Positions 10,306 to 20,198 of a stretch of DNA of 32,380 bases are shown in pieces (position 1 is the stretch's first letter; each line of letters begins with the position of its first letter). Under the pieces are notes generated by a model. That model was not told the DNA's origin, made no database searches, and saw nothing but the letters and a program-made list of their open reading frames with translations. Source of the stretch: Trichomonas gallinae (taxonomy: Eukaryota). The stretch spans positions 1 to 32,380 of the forward strand of contig MRSU01000298.1 of assembly GCA_008369845.1 (NCBI GenBank), given 5' to 3'. Made by a program: the position numbers and the translations under genes.

Positions 10306-10998
10306 ATGATGTTTGATAATCTGAAAAAGACGAGCAAATATGTCAAGATATTTGTCTCAGAGTTTATGGCTGCCTTCGTAGCCAGTATATTCATGCAAAT
10401 CTTCAAGAGCCGTCCAATTTTTTCATTATTCTTTTGGACAGTAAAAATATGGAAAGACAGTATCAAGAAAGGCCTATTTGCCCTCACAAAAGAGCTCGCA
10501 ACATATATTTACCTCAAAGTTCCATACTTCGAAAATTTGAAGAAAGAAAATCCAACACTTTTCACACTTTATTTAACACCATGCAGCTTCTTCATCCTCC
10601 ACTTGATTCTTTGCCCATTATATGCGTTCATTAAGAAGCCAGATACAATCGATAGATCAACCTTTACACACCTCACACTCTTTATTTACTTCTTATACGG
10701 CGACCTATTCTCAAACTACTTCAAGGGTTTCGTTTTCAACGTAGCAAAGAAGACATTCGGAACATTCTTCAATAATGTTGTTAATGCTGATATGAAAGAT
10801 AGAATTCTTCGTATTCCATTCTATGTATTGTTCGCTCTTTGCTATGTCCCATTATCAGGAATGCTTTCTTATCCAACTGCATTTGTTTATTGGCACCAAT
10901 CACTCACACAGTGCTGGATGTTCTCTCTTTACCAAGGTGTTAAGCACATCCCAAGTATTATTGTCCTCGAATTATTAAAGCTACAACTTGGATTATAA
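10306..10998 (+). CDS. Hypothetical polytopic membrane protein (230 aa)
   Basis: Several hydrophobic F/L/Y-rich segments; Inr TCACT at 10297; stop in TAAA context. Confidence 0.75.
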   Translation: MMFDNLKKTSKYVKIFVSEFMAAFVASIFMQIFKSRPIFSLFFWTVKIWKDSIKKGLFALTKELATYIYLKVPYFENLKKENPTLFTLYLTPCSFFILHLILCPLYAFIKKPDTIDRSTFTHLTLFIYFLYGDLFSNYFKGFVFNVAKKTFGTFFNNVVNADMKDRILRIPFYVLFALCYVPLSGMLSYPTAFVYWHQSLTQCWMFSLYQGVKHIPSIIVLELLKLQLGL

Positions 10999-11306
10999 AA
11001 TTTCCCATGAAAAGTCAAATAAACAATGCAATTATTTCTCCAAATCCCTGTATTATATTTAAATTCTAATTAGAATTGGTTATAATTGAGATATTATTTT
11101 GGAGAAAATTTTATTGGTCCGAAGGATTTCTCATCCCATGGACAGTGTCCTCATGCCTAGTTTCATGGGAGAGTGAACAATTTTTGACGATTCATTAGAG
11201 AGCTGGATCTACTTTTTGGAGTCCGAACCTAAAAAAAAATGAGTTCAAATTATAGTCACCACTCTATTAAAACATGCCCTATATGATGCCATAAGATGAA
11301 TAATAA

Positions 11307-11545
11307 CAGATAATCTAGTTATTAAACTAGATTTTTTTGAATTGTTGATTGAAGTCGATTTTGCCTACAGTTTACGTATTTATTACATTATGTACAATCT
11401 AATAAATAAAACCTAACCAGATAATCTAGTTATTCCAATAGATATTTTTTAATTATTGCTGCAAATTTATTTAATATACTATGAGCCTATAAAATATATT
11501 ATTCACAATCTAAGATATAAAACTTAAGCAGATAAACTAGGTGTT
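11307..11545. repeat. Degenerate tandem repeat, 111-bp period, a little over two copies
   Basis: CAGATAATCTAGTTATT at 11307 and 11418, CAGATAAACTAGGTGTT at 11529; ACAATCTAA at 11394 and 11505. Confidence 0.75.
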
Positions 11546-11816
11546 TCATTCTATTTTTGATTTTTTGATTTTTTAATTTTAACACTAAACACTTCGATAA
11601 TATATTGCATATAGTTTTAAAAATGGAATTTGAAAATACAAAATGACTAATTAGATATAAATTAATGAGATATTTTGCATTTTTTGTAATGTATGTGTTT
11701 AATGATAAAAATAGAGTTATTATATGTATATGATTACGTGGTTAAACTGCCAAAGTCTTATTCGCTATATTTGAACATCGTCAAATTTTTTATTTAGTGT
11801 CACTTTTTATATCGAT

Positions 11817-12455
11817 ATGAATGAATCGAATGTTGTAAAGTTTATGAACATTGCCGACTGCGATCGCAGAACAGCCTGCTTTTGCCTGTCGGAGTTCAAC
11901 GGCAATATGGATTTAGCGATTTCTTTCTATTATGATACATTTTTGGCGAATAATGCAAAAGTTCCTGAAAAATTTTCATTAGAAGATTGCGAAAAACACT
12001 ACGGCTTGTCAACAACGACGATGCAGATGAAGCCAGTTCAAGAAGTAGTTACACCAACAGAATCAATCTTCGAGAGAAAATATCCAATCGAAGATGAAAT
12101 CAAAGTTCCCGAATTTTTACACAGAAAACGAACTGTACAACCCGAAGTGTTCTTCCCCAATCCACAAATATCCCATGTTATCAAAGAACAAGGACCTGCT
12201 TTTGTAAACGAAGAAGCGTGTGGTATCAATTTATTGATGAAACACACATATGTTCCATCAGGCCTACGCAAAGTACATATTAATATTACTGTTTGGGCTG
12301 ATGGAGTTCAATTTAATGATAAATTTGTTCCAAAGGATGAACCGCGCTATAATGAAATCATGGATGACATAAATCATGGTCGTATTCCAAAGGTTATAGA
12401 AGTTGATACTACTGATATCGAATTGTTTAATCGCTCCACGGAAAATCATCAATAA
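11817..12455 (+). CDS. UBA-like + SEP domain protein (p47/Shp1-related, no UBX domain visible)
   Basis: N-terminal VVKFMNIADCDRRTACFCLSEFNGNMDLAISFYY is UBA-like; C-terminal ITVWADGVQF...DEPRYNEIMDDINHGRIP is SEP-like; Inr GTCACTTTT at 11799. Confidence 0.75.
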   Translation: MNESNVVKFMNIADCDRRTACFCLSEFNGNMDLAISFYYDTFLANNAKVPEKFSLEDCEKHYGLSTTTMQMKPVQEVVTPTESIFERKYPIEDEIKVPEFLHRKRTVQPEVFFPNPQISHVIKEQGPAFVNEEACGINLLMKHTYVPSGLRKVHINITVWADGVQFNDKFVPKDEPRYNEIMDDINHGRIPKVIEVDTTDIELFNRSTENHQ

Positions 12456-12638
12456 GACTTAATTAAATTGTGTTTTGTATTCTAATCATCTTATTTAACA
12501 TGTTTGTAACATTATAAAATGATATAATTTTTTTGAAATTCCAAAAACAAAAATTTGAGTAATGACCCAAATATGTATATTGGAGATGTAAGAAGACAAA
12601 TTTAGTTGGTAAAATAATAGAATATATATATATATAAA

Positions 12639-13694
12639 TTAATCAAATTTTGGAATATCATCATCAGATCCAGAAACTATATCTTCAGCATCGCCGAAAA
12701 TAACAGCTTCTTCGTCATCATCGTTGTTTGCAACTGGATTTGAAAATTCAGGAGCAAATGAGCCAAATGTAGGAAGACTTGTATCTTCCTTCTTATTATC
12801 GCCGAAATCAGCTTCAAACGTTGGTCCATCATTCTTTGAGTCGTCAAACTGTGCATCAAATGTTGGTTCAAATGATGGTTCGAAAGTTGGTTGCTGAAAA
12901 TCACCAACTGGTGGTTCTTCTTTAGCTGGAGGTAGTGGAATTGTTGTTTGTTTTGGCGGTGGTGTAGAAATCGTATTTTGTGTTGGTTGTAATGGTGGTG
13001 TTGGATTTTCTGGACGTTTAGTAGGAATTTGTGCTGGAATTGGAGCTGCTGGTGTTTTAACTGATGTCTTTGGTATTGGATCTGGAATATGTTGATGTTC
13101 TTCGAAATCATGTTGATCATCACCAGTAATATTTGGAAATTCAGCGCATGCATCAAGTAAAACGTTTCTTGCTTGAATATCAGCTTGTGTTTTAGCAACT
13201 TGATGACATCTGATGAAAAAGTTAACATTTATGACATTGATGGCTGAAACAAGGGCCAAGAAAACGCTTAAGTCGGCTTCGTTGATGTAGATATATTTAA
13301 CTGTGATTAAAATCCAGAAAATCGTAGAAAAGAATAAAGTCAACCAAAAAACGTTCGAACTGAAGGCTGTTGCAACGAAAGGAAGCGATCTAGCAGTGAA
13401 TGTAATGTAAGGAAATTCTGGTTGTTTATCTTTATCGAAGCACCATTTAATTCCGACTAATGACCAACCGTAATTATTCTTTGTATAATAAATCGCGACT
13501 ATTTCGAAAACTAAAATTGCTATACCAAGTAAAATCGCAGGAATGCTCAGATATCTGCAAATCACAAAAACAATGAACGGAACCAAGTGGAAGCATAAAA
13601 AGATGATCCACGATTTCTGGTCATCACCGTCGTGACGAGATGTTTCCGTCATTAATTCCATATCTTCTTGATCAGGGCGGCCAGCGAATTGCAT
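12639..13694 (-). CDS. TVP23: TVP23/FAM18 (DUF846) Golgi membrane protein with Pro-rich, Phe/acidic tail
   Basis: CFHL, YYTKNNYGWSLVGIKW (cf. KNV.GR.LVGLRW), SNVFW and hydrophobic helices; start placed at ATG 13694, 9 nt after AAAAGTGAC (upstream ATGs to 13718 are alternatives). Confidence 0.78.
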   Translation of the reverse strand: MQFAGRPDQEDMELMTETSRHDGDDQKSWIIFLCFHLVPFIVFVICRYLSIPAILLGIAILVFEIVAIYYTKNNYGWSLVGIKWCFDKDKQPEFPYITFTARSLPFVATAFSSNVFWLTLFFSTIFWILITVKYIYINEADLSVFLALVSAINVINVNFFIRCHQVAKTQADIQARNVLLDACAEFPNITGDDQHDFEEHQHIPDPIPKTSVKTPAAPIPAQIPTKRPENPTPPLQPTQNTISTPPPKQTTIPLPPAKEEPPVGDFQQPTFEPSFEPTFDAQFDDSKNDGPTFEADFGDNKKEDTSLPTFGSFAPEFSNPVANNDDDEEAVIFGDAEDIVSGSDDDIPKFD

Positions 13695-14255
13695 TGAAAA
13701 TTTGTCACTTTTCATCATTCTTCATTTTTTCCATTGTTTTGGCTTGAACAGCAGCTTCATTGCAATCACTGCAGTCCAAAAAATCCGAAATTTCTCTCAT
13801 TTTCTCAAAATTCAAAAAGAATAATATCTAGATCATGATGAATGGCTTATATATCTGCATTATCTTCAAACAAATCGTATGCATTCCACATCCAGCCAGA
13901 AATGATACTTAAATTCATAATCTTTGAATTCTTTGACATAACAAGGATATTTTGACATTTGCAGTTTATAGATCAATTAACTTTGTCACAAAATCGACAT
14001 TAGATTCATATTATGTCGTTGTTAGCATTATTTCGATCGAAAAAAAAAAAACATAATTATGAATTGAATAAATCAGCTATTATAGTCCCTCTTTACAGTT
14101 ACAATACTTCTTTGGAATCTGAAACATTTCAAAAAAAAAGAGATTTTCTCTTATTAAATGTGCTTCGTATTAATTTAAGAAATCTTTGCGTGTATTAAAT
14201 GGAGTATTAATCATAAACACCAAGATTTTTAATATATCAAACAATAATTATCAAG

Positions 14256-15122
14256 TTATTCGACTAATGCATAAAATTTCTGTTTCTCTTCAAGTTCACT
14301 CAGAATTTCTTCATTTGTCAAATAGTTGTATTTGAGCTCCATCCACGGTTGATTGCAAAGCCTCCTGTGCCATGGCGTGTTAATTCTTCTCCAATGATAA
14401 GTTTTTTCTATTTTTCCTGTTGTCGGATTACGTCTTGTGTAATGGATTATGCCAGCATTCTTGATTTTGAGCTCTTCTGGAATTTTAATAACTTTTTCTT
14501 CGAATTGAGACTGGCGAATGCCCTCGATTCTTGTGCGAAAGAGTTGCATTACATTAAAATGTGAAACAATTATAACCGAACTTGGATTTAAAATCATGTG
14601 TTGAAGAGATCCAATAATATAATCAACTCTAAGAGCAAGATCAGCAAGAGATTCACCATTCGGTGGTTTCCAGTAGAAGTGATCACGTTTTCTAAGTTCT
14701 AATTCACGTGAGAATTTCTCTTCACGCTCTCGATATGATAATCCTGATAAAGATCCAAAGTTTCTTTCTCTCAAAAAGCCATTTTTCAGCCAATGGGCAT
14801 TTGGTAAATTCAAAAGTGCTGCTGTTTCCATAGCACGAACGTATTCTGAAACTAAATAAATTCCAAAATTAGGAGCAATGTTTTCTCTTATCCAATTTCC
14901 TGTGATAATGGACTGGTGTCTTCCCTCTTGTGTTAATCTCCATTTTGATTCATGTCTTTCCATGAATTTATCTGTGAAAAGTTCATCATTTCCTTTTCTG
15001 CTCTGCGAGAAAGCAATATTTCCTTCTGCAGCGCCATGTCTCACCAAAACTAAGTCAATGGGCATGTTTAGAACACCCAGTTGAACTCTGTGAGAAATAT
15101 TTTTGGTTATTGAAGAAATCAT
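14256..15122 (-). CDS. Histidine phosphatase/phosphoglycerate mutase family protein
   Basis: LVLVRHG, LRERNFG, PNGES, IVSH motifs; first ATG at 15122, 7 nt after AAAAGTGAC. Confidence 0.9.
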   Translation of the reverse strand: MISSITKNISHRVQLGVLNMPIDLVLVRHGAAEGNIAFSQSRKGNDELFTDKFMERHESKWRLTQEGRHQSIITGNWIRENIAPNFGIYLVSEYVRAMETAALLNLPNAHWLKNGFLRERNFGSLSGLSYREREEKFSRELELRKRDHFYWKPPNGESLADLALRVDYIIGSLQHMILNPSSVIIVSHFNVMQLFRTRIEGIRQSQFEEKVIKIPEELKIKNAGIIHYTRRNPTTGKIEKTYHWRRINTPWHRRLCNQPWMELKYNYLTNEEILSELEEKQKFYALVE

Positions 15123-15735
15123 TGATACTGTCACTTTTAATCATGTCATTTTTTATTATTCATTTTTTCTTCGTTTTTTAGAACGAAAATTAGCTTTTTG
15201 GTAATTAAAAATTACTTATTATTGACCTTTATTGACTAAATCTTTTATCTACTATAGCTGTAAAACGAAACATTCATATTTAATATTCAAAAATTTTATT
15301 TCTTATAGATATGTATCTATTCCATTGAAACATATACTTACAGAACCTAATATAGTTTATCTAAAGCATCCATAATAAAATTAATTGATTTTTATATATC
15401 TGAATTTTTGATATTGGATTTGGTCGATTTTTTGTGTGGCAAAATGATACTATTGATCCAAATATTATATTTTTATAGATAATTTTAAAAGAATTAATTA
15501 TAATACAATAATCAAGATTATATAAATGCAATGCGAGCATCATAAACAAAAGCCCATACAATCTTTCATCCAGCTTGTTGTAAAGCGATGATGTATGAAA
15601 ATACGTTTAATTTTTAATAATTTTAGCAAAACACCAATAAATCCTATGACAAATGTGATAAACATCATTTTATACGAATGTGCATTATATTATAATAATA
15701 ATCATTCTTTAATAGCAAATCTCAATAACATTATA

Positions 15736-17730
15736 TTAAGTCAGCGTTATATCCGCTGTGTTGATTGTAATGAAAATATTATCATCACCTTGGATCATAA
15801 TTCTTCCTTTTGTTGTAGTCACTGAAGGCATCGTTACTTGCGCACTTCCATTATTTGGAACATTTTGTGCAAGAACATAGTCAAAGTTAACTCCATCAGC
15901 TGCAAACTTAATAGTTACAGTCTTTGTGTCTATCTCTCCACTTGTAGTATTTCCTACAGTCCAATATACATTTTGCAATGATCCTTGAGCAACTGATGTT
16001 TGTTCATTGAATGAAGAAATCTTGAATGGATCACTTTGGACGACTTTTAACTCAACAATCTTAACAGCGGTGTTTCCAGCTTCGCCGCTCACCATTTTTC
16101 TGTCGCGAACAACAAAAGCCATGGTGATGGTTCTTGGCACGTTAGAGACAGTTTCCCATGCTTCTGGAAATTGTCCTTGATCCGTCAATTTTCCAGCTTT
16201 GATTCTATCAAGTCTTGGGCAAAATCTGTGTGATTCAAGGGCAGGTGCGTAATTACGTAGTATAGGACCTGTTTCCAAATTTGGACCGAAAGAGTCATAG
16301 TTGACTACTTGAGTAAACGGGTCTGTCTGTTCCCAAAGATAATAAAGAACATCACCGTCAGGATCAGTTGCAGTTCCATTGAGTAAGAAGGCTGTACCAG
16401 TTGGAATAAAGTAACGATTTTTCATGTTTCCAATGATTGGTTTTCTATTCTTCTTCGGAATAGTCTTGATCTGATCATTCTCAAGAAGTGTATTAATCAT
16501 GAGTTTGCTTGACGTCCATGTGAAATATGGTATATGGTCTCTTAAGACATTATCATAAATTGTTCTGCCTGGATAAGACATAATAGTAACACCAGAGCCA
16601 ACTTCTGTTGCTTCCATTATATTTCCTCGAGCAGGAAATTCATATGTGAATGCATGGTCAGTACCTAACATGTGGCCGATTTCGTGAGCAAGAATAACTG
16701 GGAATTGTGCAAATCTTATGAATTCATCAGTAACCCAGCATCCAGCCCTCACAGCATTGTTTGGAGTCATACCTTTGAGATTAGCCAAGCCTTGTGAAGC
16801 ACCGGTTGCGAACATTACACCAAGATCAATATCTCTCAAATCAAAAAATTCGCTTGCGTATTGCAAGACTTTATTATCGAGATCGAAGTCTGAATTTTTG
16901 GACAGATCTATGTATTTAGCCCTTGCTTGTTGAGATGTATATTCAAGTGTAATCATATTTAAGTCTAATTGCATTTCGAAACGAGTTGAGAGAATTGGGA
17001 GATAGATAGCATTCAAATAAAGGACAGAAAGAGCTGTAGAGCTAAAAACGTTCACTTTCAAATCATTTTCACTAAGCCCGGTTAATTGTAAGCCTTTACC
17101 TGTATTTAAGCGTTGTGAGTATGTCTGAGTTGGAAAAGGAAGGAATTTGACAATTTTGATATCATCCATAAATTTATCGAAGTCTGTATTAAATGACACG
17201 CCTGGATCTGGCAGTTCCGATCCAACCTCTCGATGAACATGGCAAAAATGCTGTTGTTGAAGGATATCAGTTAAATTTTGCTCTCTAGTTGAGCGTGTTC
17301 TAGTATATCTGGAAGGGTCATATACGGTAATACCATTTAATCTTTGATCCATTTCGATAGTTTGTTCATGATTAGCGTAATAAACTTTCAAAGATTGGAA
17401 GCAGTAAACAATTCCGATGCGTTCCTCTTTGTTGCCGATTAAATTTCCTCGAAATGCAAATAGTTTACCTGGATATTTCTTTCTTGTCGCATATGCAAAT
17501 AAAGGAACTTGCTCAATTTCATATTCCTGATACTGGGCGTTGTAATCTGGCAAAACTATATTAATTTTAGCGCCGTTTTCTGGTTTAGCAAGTAAAATTT
17601 GTTCAAATGAATTAAGATCGATATCCCACGCTGGAACATTGCGAGTATTGTATTGTCTGGTAGTTCTTCGAGTGAGATAAGATGGCTCATTTGCAGCAGC
17701 TATAATTGCATTTAATAGATAAAAAAGCAT
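15736..17730 (-). CDS. Secreted zinc metalloprotease, bacterial reprolysin-like (M12B-type) with C-terminal beta-rich/Ig-like domains
   Basis: HEIGHMLGTDH zinc motif, EVGSGVTIMSY Met-turn, ATDPDGDVLYYLWEQTD; signal peptide MLFYLLNAIIAAA from ATG 17730 just after Inr GTCACTTTT. Confidence 0.88.
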   Translation of the reverse strand: MLFYLLNAIIAAANEPSYLTRRTTRQYNTRNVPAWDIDLNSFEQILLAKPENGAKINIVLPDYNAQYQEYEIEQVPLFAYATRKKYPGKLFAFRGNLIGNKEERIGIVYCFQSLKVYYANHEQTIEMDQRLNGITVYDPSRYTRTRSTREQNLTDILQQQHFCHVHREVGSELPDPGVSFNTDFDKFMDDIKIVKFLPFPTQTYSQRLNTGKGLQLTGLSENDLKVNVFSSTALSVLYLNAIYLPILSTRFEMQLDLNMITLEYTSQQARAKYIDLSKNSDFDLDNKVLQYASEFFDLRDIDLGVMFATGASQGLANLKGMTPNNAVRAGCWVTDEFIRFAQFPVILAHEIGHMLGTDHAFTYEFPARGNIMEATEVGSGVTIMSYPGRTIYDNVLRDHIPYFTWTSSKLMINTLLENDQIKTIPKKNRKPIIGNMKNRYFIPTGTAFLLNGTATDPDGDVLYYLWEQTDPFTQVVNYDSFGPNLETGPILRNYAPALESHRFCPRLDRIKAGKLTDQGQFPEAWETVSNVPRTITMAFVVRDRKMVSGEAGNTAVKIVELKVVQSDPFKISSFNEQTSVAQGSLQNVYWTVGNTTSGEIDTKTVTIKFAADGVNFDYVLAQNVPNNGSAQVTMPSVTTTKGRIMIQGDDNIFITINTADITLT

Positions 17731-17926
17731 TATAAAAAGTGACATTCCAAAAATTGAATACATGAAAATTTTTTTCTTACATATTCATTATATTAATGAT
17801 TCATTATTATTTCTTTAATAAATAACTAAAAATTTCATAATGATTATTAATTGAATTTTGATTCAAATTTAAAATATAATATGATAATAATAACAATACA
17901 ATTATAAATATATTAAAAAATAAAAT

Positions 17927-17989
17927 TTTAAAAATTCTTTCTTATTTGGTCGAACATTTAGTTAGACCAAATATATAAGAATTTTTAAA
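17927..17989. repeat. 63-bp imperfect palindrome in divergent intergenic region
   Basis: TTTAAAAATTCTTTCTTATTTGGTC (17927-17951) and GACCAAATATATAAGAATTTTTAAA (17965-17989) pair at 22 of 25 positions. Confidence 0.75.
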
Positions 17990-18213
17990 TCTTTTTCGAT
18001 TTTAAATTTTACTGAACGTTAAAAGTTCACAAAATTTGAATCAAAGATTTATTATTTTATTTTGATGAAATATTTATCGAAACACGTTATATATTCTAGT
18101 TTTAAATCATTCAATATTTTTTCAAAACAAATTTTGTGAAACACTTTCAAAAATCAAAAATAATTGATTAGTTTACAATACACAATTTTTGAATTAATAC
18201 AAAAAATTTAAAA

Positions 18214-19656
18214 ATGCTCGTTTCTTTGTTTTCTCTCTCTTCATCAAGTCTAAATTCATGCGAACCAGAATATACAGGCACAGTTCTTACAGCATATAAT
18301 GACTGCCAATCTGTTATCGTTCGTCAAGAATGCACCGCCATTGATGAAAATGCTTTTGCAAGATCAAATGTTCAAACAGTAGACTGTTCGTCGGCTAGCC
18401 AATTAATTGAAATAGGACATAGAGCTTTTATTGACTGTACAAAATTAACTTCAATTATTTTACCAGAATCTTTGCAAACTATTGGTAGTAATGCATTCCG
18501 TGGATGCACAGCACTCCAAAGAATTACTATTCCGCAAGCAGTTTCATATATTGGCGTTTCGGCATTCAAAGATTGCACAGGTTTAAGTGAAATTGACTTC
18601 AAATGCCCTCTCACAGTACTGTCAGCCAGTATATTTTCCAGTTGTACGAATTTACTTGAATTTACTCTTCCTTCTTCAATAACTAATATTCAACCTCGCA
18701 CATTTATGAACTGCGAATACCTTCAAAAGATTAACCTTCCAAATGATCTCGAAATTATTGGTGAAAAAGCATTTTTTAATACAAAAATCAGAAAATTAAA
18801 AATTCCATCAAAAGTTCAATCAATTGGCACCTATGCATTCTCGCAATGTCCGTGGCTAGAATATGTTTCATTACCAGACTCGCTAAAACTCATTCAATCT
18901 GGAACTTTTGCAGCTACTCAAAAACTCTATAGAATTAAAATTCCAAAATATTTAGTTAAAGTAGAAAGCAGTGCATTTATAAACTGCAAAGTCAGAGAGC
19001 TCAACTTCCCTGACACATTAACAGAGCTTGGCGATGAATCCATAAGTGAATGCAAAAATCTTCAAACGCTAAGATTACCGAGCAAAATACCAAAGTTTGG
19101 CCTGTATGTTTTCTCAGGAACAGACAAAATATGTCATCTCAAGGTACCAACATATACATTTGTTGAAAGATATACTCTCACGCAACAGTTGGGATCTTCA
19201 AGAGCTCTCGATGATGAATGTTTGACTCCTCTTGAAAAATTGCCTAAAACAATTCCCAGTAACTACGGCATTCTCACCAAAGCAGAAATCGATAGCGGAA
19301 TAACAGAAGCACCAATACCACCAGGAACGCCAGAAGATCCAGAAGATATAGAAGAAACAAAAGATACGGAAAATCCAGGAACCACACGAAAAGAGACAGA
19401 TAAAAATAATAAACCTGAAGGAAATAATTCAGGAAATAAAAGTATACCAACTCCAAAGGCAACGGATAAGCCAGGAGATGATACAAAACAAGGAGATGGC
19501 AAAACAGCTAAAATTGTTGGTGCTTCAGTAGGAACTGTTGCAGGAGTTGCTGTAGTTTCTGGTGTAATTGTTGGAGCTCTTTATTTCACTAAGAAGTTGC
19601 GTACAGGTAATTCGAAAGTAGAAGGATCTGATGATATAAAAAATCAAGTTCCATGA
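18214..19656 (+). CDS. bspA: BspA-like (TpLRR/LRR_5) surface protein
   Basis: Short signal peptide; repeats such as LTSIILPESLQTIGSNAFRGC; P/T/E/D/K-rich stalk; TM helix IVGASVGTVAGVAVVSGVIVGALYF; short cytosolic tail. Confidence 0.92.
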   Translation: MLVSLFSLSSSSLNSCEPEYTGTVLTAYNDCQSVIVRQECTAIDENAFARSNVQTVDCSSASQLIEIGHRAFIDCTKLTSIILPESLQTIGSNAFRGCTALQRITIPQAVSYIGVSAFKDCTGLSEIDFKCPLTVLSASIFSSCTNLLEFTLPSSITNIQPRTFMNCEYLQKINLPNDLEIIGEKAFFNTKIRKLKIPSKVQSIGTYAFSQCPWLEYVSLPDSLKLIQSGTFAATQKLYRIKIPKYLVKVESSAFINCKVRELNFPDTLTELGDESISECKNLQTLRLPSKIPKFGLYVFSGTDKICHLKVPTYTFVERYTLTQQLGSSRALDDECLTPLEKLPKTIPSNYGILTKAEIDSGITEAPIPPGTPEDPEDIEETKDTENPGTTRKETDKNNKPEGNNSGNKSIPTPKATDKPGDDTKQGDGKTAKIVGASVGTVAGVAVVSGVIVGALYFTKKLRTGNSKVEGSDDIKNQVP

Positions 19657-19929
19657 GTAATATTGAATAATAAATCTTTTTCTGTTTGTCAAGTAAATAT
19701 TAAATTAAATATTATTTTCACTTTTTAAATATATATATATATGTAAAGCATTCCACCACCTGCATGCATAAATACAATGAGATTTTTCTGAATAAAAGTG
19801 TAGGAAATGACAAGCATTTCAGCATTATAGACGTTATAGGTATACGCACTGTTTCAGTTGTTAAATAGAGAAACTCCTTAATAATATACCAACATATCAT
19901 CATTATATTAATAGATTATCATGTTTTAA

Positions 19930-20198
19930 GGGTTTGCTCAGGCCAAATAGCGATTTATCGTCTATTTTTGGATGACCTCTCCAAAAGTGAGTATTAGCGC
20001 CGATTAATTAAAAAAATTAAGCGAGAATTATTTTTTAGATGACACTAGCACGACCTACAAAATGGTATATATTGTTAGAGCATTAGATCTCTTCAAAAAG
20101 TTTAAATCTCTTCAAAAAGTTTATTTTTCTGGGCAAAACGATAATTTTCAATATCGCATTGAAAAATTGAGACCGCTATTTGGTCGCGGAGCGGGCCC
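19930..20198. mobile_element. Non-autonomous DNA transposon (MITE), Kolobok-like, 269 bp, TTAA target duplication
   Basis: TTAA at 19926-19929 and 20199-20202; left end GGGTTTGCTCAGGCCAAATAGCG, right end reverse complement GGGCCCGCTCCGCGACCAAATAGCG; no ORF. Confidence 0.8.

Noticed and set aside
11307..11545. CRISPR-like repeat-spacer interpretation of the 111-bp repeat
   Set aside because: Eukaryotic context, no cas genes, only about two units, and the putative spacers are similar to each other
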